IMG/VR virus record: IMGVR_UViG_3300043446_002177
Span: 1 to 63,112 of that record
DNA: 63,112 bases
Source: a virus
Lineage: Duplodnaviria > Caudoviricetes
Strand: one strand, 5' to 3'
Shown: piece by piece, positions 57,748 through 63,112 of the stretch
Numbering within the stretch: position 1 is the first letter of the stretch
How the letters are laid out: each line of letters starts with the position of its first letter
Program-made: the position numbers and the translations under genes
Notes under the pieces: model-generated
Database searches by the model: none
The model's input: only the letters and a program-made list of their open reading frames with translations
What the model was told of the DNA's origin: nothing

Positions 57748-58776
57748 ATCTTTTGCCTGCTGATGCAAAGCAAAGCTGGCTAGGTTCTTACCTTTAGACT
57801 CGCACATAATATCGTGTGTTTCTAAAAACTGTAGAGCCCACTCATTAACTGCGGTGTTCCAATAGAAATCACTATGGGCCCGCAGTTTTTGTTTTTTGTG
57901 TCCAGACTCTAGTAGACTAGTATAGTCTGGAATTACACCAGTGTCGTGACCCACGAGATAATCTTCACGGCTGACAGAATAGTGGCAAACAGGGCGAACC
58001 CCGCGCCAAGACTGAACCACAGCTTGGACGCGAGGGTCCACGGTGGTAATGTACTCTCCCGTCTTACACCAATGATGATGAATATCGAGTACGATAGGAA
58101 CGAGATCAACCAACTTAATGCAATCATCTAACCCCCAGGCGTTTTCTTCGTTTTCGATTGTAATTGTGTTACGGGCTTCTGGACTGAGTCTCTTATAGGC
58201 GAGTCTAATACCTTCTGGACCGGCTCTACCCGAGATGTGGACGTTGATTTTAAAGTCCTGAAATTGTTTACCAAAACCCATCCAGCTGGCCATAGTTGCA
58301 TGATATTCAAATTCCTCAATAGATCGGTTTACAATATCAGGGTCAGCAGATGCCAACACGCAAAACTGACCAGGATGGAAACTAAGGCGAACACAATTCT
58401 GGCGAGCCAAATCTCCCACTGCTCTGAAATATCGCTCTGCGTAATCTCTGACATCGGGTAGTCTATAGAACCACGACCAGCTAGGCTCAGTGAACACAGG
58501 AAGGATATCGCTACTGAGTCGTACCATTCTAAGATTTTCATCTAATGCACCTACCTTTTCAACTAGCAAGCGAGTAGACTCAATGTTACCTTTCATAAGG
58601 TCCCATAGCTTTTCGGCAGCTACATCCTTGCTCTGTCTATTTAACCATGCAACGGTAGTAGTACCAGTATTATATTTTTTACAATCATCTTTGGGTTTAA
58701 TGCCATCAACTTGCCGCGGCTCGTCGATCCATTTACAAGCAAAACCAATATGCTTAGTGTGTGAAAAGTGTGTCAT
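57733..58776 (-). CDS. uvsE: UV damage endonuclease
   Basis: IGFAC, RLSSD, RLSFHPGQF, NVHISG, TIENEE, LDIHHH, HYS, RAHSD, DIMCESKGK. Confidence 0.93.
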   Translation of the reverse strand: MTHFSHTKHIGFACKWIDEPRQVDGIKPKDDCKKYNTGTTTVAWLNRQSKDVAAEKLWDLMKGNIESTRLLVEKVGALDENLRMVRLSSDILPVFTEPSWSWFYRLPDVRDYAERYFRAVGDLARQNCVRLSFHPGQFCVLASADPDIVNRSIEEFEYHATMASWMGFGKQFQDFKINVHISGRAGPEGIRLAYKRLSPEARNTITIENEENAWGLDDCIKLVDLVPIVLDIHHHWCKTGEYITTVDPRVQAVVQSWRGVRPVCHYSVSREDYLVGHDTGVIPDYTSLLESGHKKQKLRAHSDFYWNTAVNEWALQFLETHDIMCESKGKNLASFALHQQAKDLSLL

Positions 58777-58781
58777 AGTTT

Positions 58782-58810
58782 ATTATAACAGGTCTTATAG
58801 ACCGTGTCAA
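58782..58810 (-). promoter_or_regulatory. consensus sigma70 promoter for uvsE
   Basis: TTGACA (58805-58810)-N17-TATAAT (58782-58787); ATG 5 nt downstream. Confidence 0.82.
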
Positions 58811-58814
58811 TGAG

Positions 58815-59510
58815 TTAACGCCAGTTTTGAACAATGATAGGATCTTCTACTCTACTAGGTTTTGGATCACCGTGGAATACTAATATTGATGTTTTTGGAT
58901 TTATTTCTGGATTAGCTCTATCTTTAAATATTCTTTCATGGCCTAAACGAACTACATCGTTTCGATCACGAACTTCCCATTTATAACTCATGATAATTTC
59001 ATAAGGCCAGTAGGCAAAGTTTTCGGTTATCTGTTCGTAGATCCAATCTTGGTCACCATGATAACGTCCAGTTTGTGCTAGATTTTCTCTAAGATTATTC
59101 CAAACATATTGAAATTGTCCTTTTTGAAATCTAAACACACTGCTGTTAAACTTATTCCAGTTTTCTACGCTGGATCGATTAAAGTCTTTAATGATACAAA
59201 ACTTATTAGGCTCATAGTCCCATAATAGATCAAAGTTGCGAATAATAACTATGTCCAAATCCATAAACAGTATAGTACCATCTAAAGGTAATTCGTTGCT
59301 AAACACCCAAGGTTTAAACCACCAACCTTGTAAGTGATAATTTGGTATAGGTATAATTGTAATAGCAGGATCTAATCCTGCAGGATCTTCCGTTATACAG
59401 GCAAAACCAAAAGGAACTAGACTGTTCCTTTTGGTCATGTTATACAGTTTGTTGACATAGTCAGAGCTGTACTTTGGCCCGTGTTTAAGACAAACAATCC
59501 AACGATTCAT
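58815..59510 (-). CDS. GT-A fold glycosyltransferase
   Basis: CLKHGPKY..DYVNKL, GWW-x-K, FMDLD (DxD), NSSV, GDQDWI, VFHG-x-PKP. Confidence 0.8.
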   Translation of the reverse strand: MNRWIVCLKHGPKYSSDYVNKLYNMTKRNSLVPFGFACITEDPAGLDPAITIIPIPNYHLQGWWFKPWVFSNELPLDGTILFMDLDIVIIRNFDLLWDYEPNKFCIIKDFNRSSVENWNKFNSSVFRFQKGQFQYVWNNLRENLAQTGRYHGDQDWIYEQITENFAYWPYEIIMSYKWEVRDRNDVVRLGHERIFKDRANPEINPKTSILVFHGDPKPSRVEDPIIVQNWR

Positions 59511-60016
59511 TATGCAAACAGATCTTCATTCCATTCACGATGGCCTTCACGGAAAGCCATGTTGCTTTGTGTTTCTCTAACTTCAACGCGGTAGCACCAT
59601 AACCGAGCTGCCTCGCCTGGTCCCCACATTTCTGGAATATATACGCCGTTTACGTATTTGTACAGCATATCGCTAAGGCCTTCGCATCCTAGTTTAGGTA
59701 ACACTACAATCTTAGCCATATTTTTTTCTTGTAACAACTTAAATGTAGCCATTTCTGGATCATCAGCTGCTACAATAAGTGTGTGGTCAAATTGATCTTC
59801 TAAAACTTTTTTGAGTTCTTTTAGTCCACCATAGTCAGCTGCCCAGTTGCGAACATCTAAATCATTAGTACCAAAATAAAACTTCATTGAGAAACTGTAA
59901 CCATGAATTAGATTACAGTGACTGTCAGCTCGCCATTGCCTATAAGCGCAGGGAAAAGCGTCGTGATATTCTTTTGTTGATGTGTACTTGTAAAGTACGG
60001 GTTGTAGATTTGCCAT
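59510..60016 (-). CDS. queD: 6-carboxytetrahydropterin synthase (QueD/PTPS family)
   Basis: SHCNLIHGY, DYGGLK, FDHT, GCE, VEVRET; start MANLQ at 60016 with AAGGAG. Confidence 0.85.
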   Translation of the reverse strand: MANLQPVLYKYTSTKEYHDAFPCAYRQWRADSHCNLIHGYSFSMKFYFGTNDLDVRNWAADYGGLKELKKVLEDQFDHTLIVAADDPEMATFKLLQEKNMAKIVVLPKLGCEGLSDMLYKYVNGVYIPEMWGPGEAARLWCYRVEVRETQSNMAFREGHREWNEDLFA

Positions 60017-60056
60017 CTCTAGTCTCCTTGTAAAAAGTAGCAAGTTTGATGACATG

Positions 60057-60093
60057 CAGAATATTTAAAGAGGGGTGAATGCCTAAGACCTCT
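60057..60093 (-). ncRNA. preQ1-I riboswitch-like aptamer in the queD leader
   Basis: AGAGG-UCUUAGGCAUUCACC-CCUCU-UUAAAUAUU-CUG, compared with B. subtilis queC AGAGG-UUCUAGCUACAC-CCUCU-AUAAAAAA-CUA. Confidence 0.55.
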
Positions 60094-60100
60094 ATATGTA

Positions 60101-60128
60101 ATTATACAGAAATATATTTAATTGTCAA
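60101..60128 (-). promoter_or_regulatory. sigma70 promoter for queD
   Basis: TTGACA (60123-60128)-N16-TATAAT (60101-60106); predicted TSS at about 60094. Confidence 0.75.
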
Positions 60129-60686
60129 GTTATTGATAGCCAGCCAGCTATCTGGAATTCGCCAATTGGCCTGTTGGTGTTGTATAAAATTGATATTGTG
60201 ATAATGCCTAAATGTTTTTTCTAATTGGTATATCCAAAACTCTGGACTAACAGCATTTGATCCGTTAGCGGCATAATTTGCAGTGCCTTTATACAAATTA
60301 TTAACTGTTCCGTTATCGTCCCAAAGATCAAAACCTAATAAATGTATTTCTTTAGGATTGTAACTAGCAGCCAGTATAACTGCTAACGGTCCACTGTTCC
60401 AGTGAAACGGATCATCTGCTTTTGCAGTGCCTTTGAATGGAAGATCAGGTAAAATACGCACTCGCCGACTAGTATACCTATCAGCCCAGTCTGGCCTAGT
60501 GTAGACTATTTTATCTTTGTGTTGTTCGTTGCTGAGTATTTCGTTGACCATACGCATGTCAACAGCTACAAATTCTGTACACGAACTATCTCTATGTACA
60601 GCATTACAACCTATAGTGTGATCACGTATTTGATTAACAGCAAAGCCTGCACGACTTTGGCCGTTACCTATAACCCAAATGTTCAC
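60102..60686 (-). CDS. Rossmann-like protein of the MptE/DUF115/sialyltransferase-like group
   Basis: VIGNGQSR, IGCNA, VAVD, W-N-S-G-P-x-A, IHLLGFD, NNLYKGT-x-N-Y. Confidence 0.6.
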   Translation of the reverse strand: MNIWVIGNGQSRAGFAVNQIRDHTIGCNAVHRDSSCTEFVAVDMRMVNEILSNEQHKDKIVYTRPDWADRYTSRRVRILPDLPFKGTAKADDPFHWNSGPLAVILAASYNPKEIHLLGFDLWDDNGTVNNLYKGTANYAANGSNAVSPEFWIYQLEKTFRHYHNINFIQHQQANWRIPDSWLAINNLTIKYISV

Positions 60687-62023
60687 TGTGTAGCAATTTG
60701 TCCAAATGGTAACCAGTGGCCGGGTGAGCCTTCAACTACACAGACCCAACCGATGAAATCAGAACCTTTAGGGTCGCTGTTCCATACAATGTCTCCGCGT
60801 TTGAAACTACCTTCCGTAGGAATACCTGCGCCAACTGCAAACTTTCTATTTTGGAAACTGATAGCACCATTGACTGCTAGGCTAACTCCGTCTGGAGCAC
60901 TGGCTTGGCCAACTAACAGGTTACCGTAAACACTAACGGATCTATTAGTATTTGTACTATTACCAATTACAATACTTTCACCAATGGTTAATTCTTTAGT
61001 TTGACCAGTTCTAATATCAAATTCATTAGAAAACTCAATACGATTTTCTTCTAATGCGCTACGGCCTAATTCAATTCTACTTGTGTGTAGTGTTCGTGTA
61101 ACGGCAGCATCGCCTGCTACTTGTAATTCTGTTAAAATACCTAGTTTGGTTAAGCTACTTTCTACAACACTGCTGCCTAGACTATGTTGACTAAGAACAA
61201 CTTGCCCGTCAATAGAGAAATATTTTTCTTTAGATAAATCAATAATTTCAGTTGACCAAAGTCTATCTGGATTTGGTTGGTATGTAAACTGATTATTAGG
61301 ACCGACCTTACCAGCCCACATTAATCCTTTTCCGTATTTAAGACTAGTGTCTGTTTCTTTAAACACAACAGGACTAGAGCGTTCTGTGATTATTTCTTCA
61401 GCGTATAGTTTACCATGTACTACAACATCGCCATTAGTTGCTACAGTGATTCTAACTGTATTGTCTGTAATAATATCTAAACTATCACTGCTATGAGTAC
61501 CAATCATAGCATAACCGTTTTTATTACTGCCTAAAACTAGTTCAACATTGTTTTCTACAATACCTAGCGCACCCGCTGGAGAATCTGTATTAATACCTAC
61601 ACGATTCAATTCACTGGCTGCATAAAAGAAACCACCTAATACTGTTGGCCCGTCTACGTCAAGGCTTCGTAGTGTGCCTACTTGTTTAAGATTACTTTTG
61701 GTAACTGTATTGCCTAGTTCTGTAAAACTTAAAACTGTAGCTCTATTAATTTTATATTCTTGTTCTTCTGCTAGATCAATGCTAAGGTCTGTCCATAGGC
61801 TAGCATCTTTGTAAACTAGACTTTTAGATCTGCGATTGTCAGTCCATCTTACGCCTTTATTTTCCAGGTCTGCAAAATTGCCTGCAACAAAGGCTAGTTG
61901 ACTTTTAGGTTCTACTGTATCAACAGTGATCCGTCCATTGGTAACAACTAGTGATTCTTTAGTGGCAAGGTCGGTAATACCTTGGGTGCTGAATTTTAGC
62001 GGTTCGAATACGTTTAAGGCCAT
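60683..62023 (-). CDS. virion structural/tail-associated protein
   Basis: Internal duplication (VL S..LG.. V..S.L..VG.L..L.V.G); C-terminal PT-x-G-x-x-x-R-G-D-I-V-W-N ... GWVC ... PG-x-W-x-x-F-G; TAAATA at 62044-62049. Confidence 0.7.
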   Translation of the reverse strand: MALNVFEPLKFSTQGITDLATKESLVVTNGRITVDTVEPKSQLAFVAGNFADLENKGVRWTDNRRSKSLVYKDASLWTDLSIDLAEEQEYKINRATVLSFTELGNTVTKSNLKQVGTLRSLDVDGPTVLGGFFYAASELNRVGINTDSPAGALGIVENNVELVLGSNKNGYAMIGTHSSDSLDIITDNTVRITVATNGDVVVHGKLYAEEIITERSSPVVFKETDTSLKYGKGLMWAGKVGPNNQFTYQPNPDRLWSTEIIDLSKEKYFSIDGQVVLSQHSLGSSVVESSLTKLGILTELQVAGDAAVTRTLHTSRIELGRSALEENRIEFSNEFDIRTGQTKELTIGESIVIGNSTNTNRSVSVYGNLLVGQASAPDGVSLAVNGAISFQNRKFAVGAGIPTEGSFKRGDIVWNSDPKGSDFIGWVCVVEGSPGHWLPFGQIATQ

Positions 62024-62067
62024 AGAAAATACTCTCTTTTGAGTATTTATCTACGGCCCTGTACATA

Positions 62068-63112
62068 TTATGCTACTTTAAGTAGAATAGTTTCTTCGTT
62101 GATACGACCATTCATACGTGTATCTGTAGCATTGATTTCGTCTAAAAACTTACGCAATGCTACTTTACCAGCAGATTTAAACTCTTTAAGTTTTTCTTCT
62201 GGCTTTCGTAGTGTTTTGCAAATACTTTGAGTTTCGCTAAACCCAGTAATGGTAGTACCTTTAACACCAAGATCTTTGTAATCTTCAGCCACGTACTTTC
62301 CAAGTTTACGTGTTTTAGTATTGTAAACCCACAATTCTTTAGAACCAATAATATCAGCAGGATTAATACTAACTAACTTAAGAGGTTCGTTAGTTTTCAT
62401 GTATTTGAGTTTACTAACAACCTTATCTTTGCTAACAGCTTTGACTTTACGTGGCTTCTTGTTAACCTTAGCTTCTTGCATCAGCATGTTGCAAGCTGAT
62501 TCAATTTCCTGCAAGAATGCAATAAAGTTCTTAATCTGCTTACGGCTACGGTGTTTGTATCCTTCACGCAACTGTTCATCGGCATTACCACTAGCCAATT
62601 CTAAAAGTTCAGCAAGGTCGCGACCGTAGAAGTCACGAATAATACGTGCATGAGCTGCTTTAGCACCCTTGCCTTTGAGCAAGTTAAGAATTTTAAATTG
62701 CTTTGGGTCAAAGTTTTCTGGATCAAGTTGATAGCTTTCGTAAGCGTCTTCTAACTCTTCTGTCATACCAAACGCCGCATCGCGAACACGTTCTTGAATA
62801 CTAGGAGTATAAACTGCCGGTTTTTCTACTTTAGGTGCGTCTTCATCTTCTTCACGGTCGCTAGCACCTTCATTCATAACTTTGTTGATTTCGTTACGCA
62901 ACCATGTGCCAGTATCTCGACCGTTATTAAATCCTTCGTGAACTTCAGGCATGCCTCGAACCAAACAGGCTGCAACACCAACCATAGTTCCTTGAAAGTA
63001 TTTGTCTTTGGTTTTACGGATAGCTTTGATGTCAACCTTGTCGTAGCCTTGGGTGTGCATCCACTCAACTACTTTAACCTTAAGATCCTTTACAGTAGAT
63101 TCCATACGGTAA
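62068..63112 (-). CDS. hypothetical phage protein, probably 5'-truncated by the window edge
   Basis: Frame open to the right edge; C-terminal SINPADIIG..LWVYNTKTRKL ... TLRKP ... NGRINEETILL. Confidence 0.65.
   Translation of the reverse strand, partial: YRMESTVKDLKVKVVEWMHTQGYDKVDIKAIRKTKDKYFQGTMVGVAACLVRGMPEVHEGFNNGRDTGTWLRNEINKVMNEGASDREEDEDAPKVEKPAVYTPSIQERVRDAAFGMTEELEDAYESYQLDPENFDPKQFKILNLLKGKGAKAAHARIIRDFYGRDLAELLELASGNADEQLREGYKHRSRKQIKNFIAFLQEIESACNMLMQEAKVNKKPRKVKAVSKDKVVSKLKYMKTNEPLKLVSINPADIIGSKELWVYNTKTRKLGKYVAEDYKDLGVKGTTITGFSETQSICKTLRKPEEKLKEFKSAGKVALRKFLDEINATDTRMNGRINEETILLKVA

Noticed and set aside
1-63112. Alternative genetic code, tRNA genes, introns or inteins, integrase
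   Set aside because: Long genes are intact in code 11 and tile the window; no cloverleaf, intein or integrase motifs seen by eye (tRNAscan not run)
1-63112. Bacterial chromosome origin suggested by clpA, dnaJ, guaC, dps, sod and erpA
   Set aside because: These are interleaved with gp43/44/45-like, baseplate, fibre and lysis genes and T4-type late promoter motifs, consistent with phage auxiliary genes

Overview
A 63-kb, gene-dense fragment of a large T4-like (myovirus-type) dsDNA bacteriophage, read in the standard genetic code with almost all genes on the minus strand. The host is probably proteobacterial (ClpA, ErpA/IscA, GuaC and DesA types, two-component spanins, consensus sigma70 promoters), but this is inference. 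From left to right the window holds: (i) a 7-deazaguanine/nucleotide-modification cluster (folE, which the ORF track missed; UDP-sugar dehydrogenase; HIT; GMP reductase; PRTase; cupin; GT-B glycosyltransferase; DpdL-like T-fold protein; TGT/DpdA-like) directly downstream of the sliding clamp and family-B DNA polymerase; (ii) a late cassette of modular putative internal-head proteins plus Dps; (iii) ClpA and DnaJ; (iv) a lysis cassette (GH19 endolysin, i-/o-spanin, holin); (v) PhoH, a sulfotransferase, an APS-kinase/NTase fusion, dCMP deaminase, clamp loader, MazG-like, GroES and a DnaE fragment; (vi) baseplate/tail-fibre genes up to 2865 aa with an inserted desaturase and QueC-like gene; (vii) IscA, SOD, UvsE, glycosyltransferases and queD. 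The most notable non-coding signals are a preQ1-I-riboswitch-like aptamer beginning at the predicted transcription start of phage queD, tandem covarying hairpins in front of the DNA polymerase, a structured intergenic RNA candidate at about 16.25 kb, and promoter hexamers located in hairpin loops. No tRNA, rRNA, CRISPR array or integrase was seen. All assignments come from motif recognition by eye; no database searches were run.
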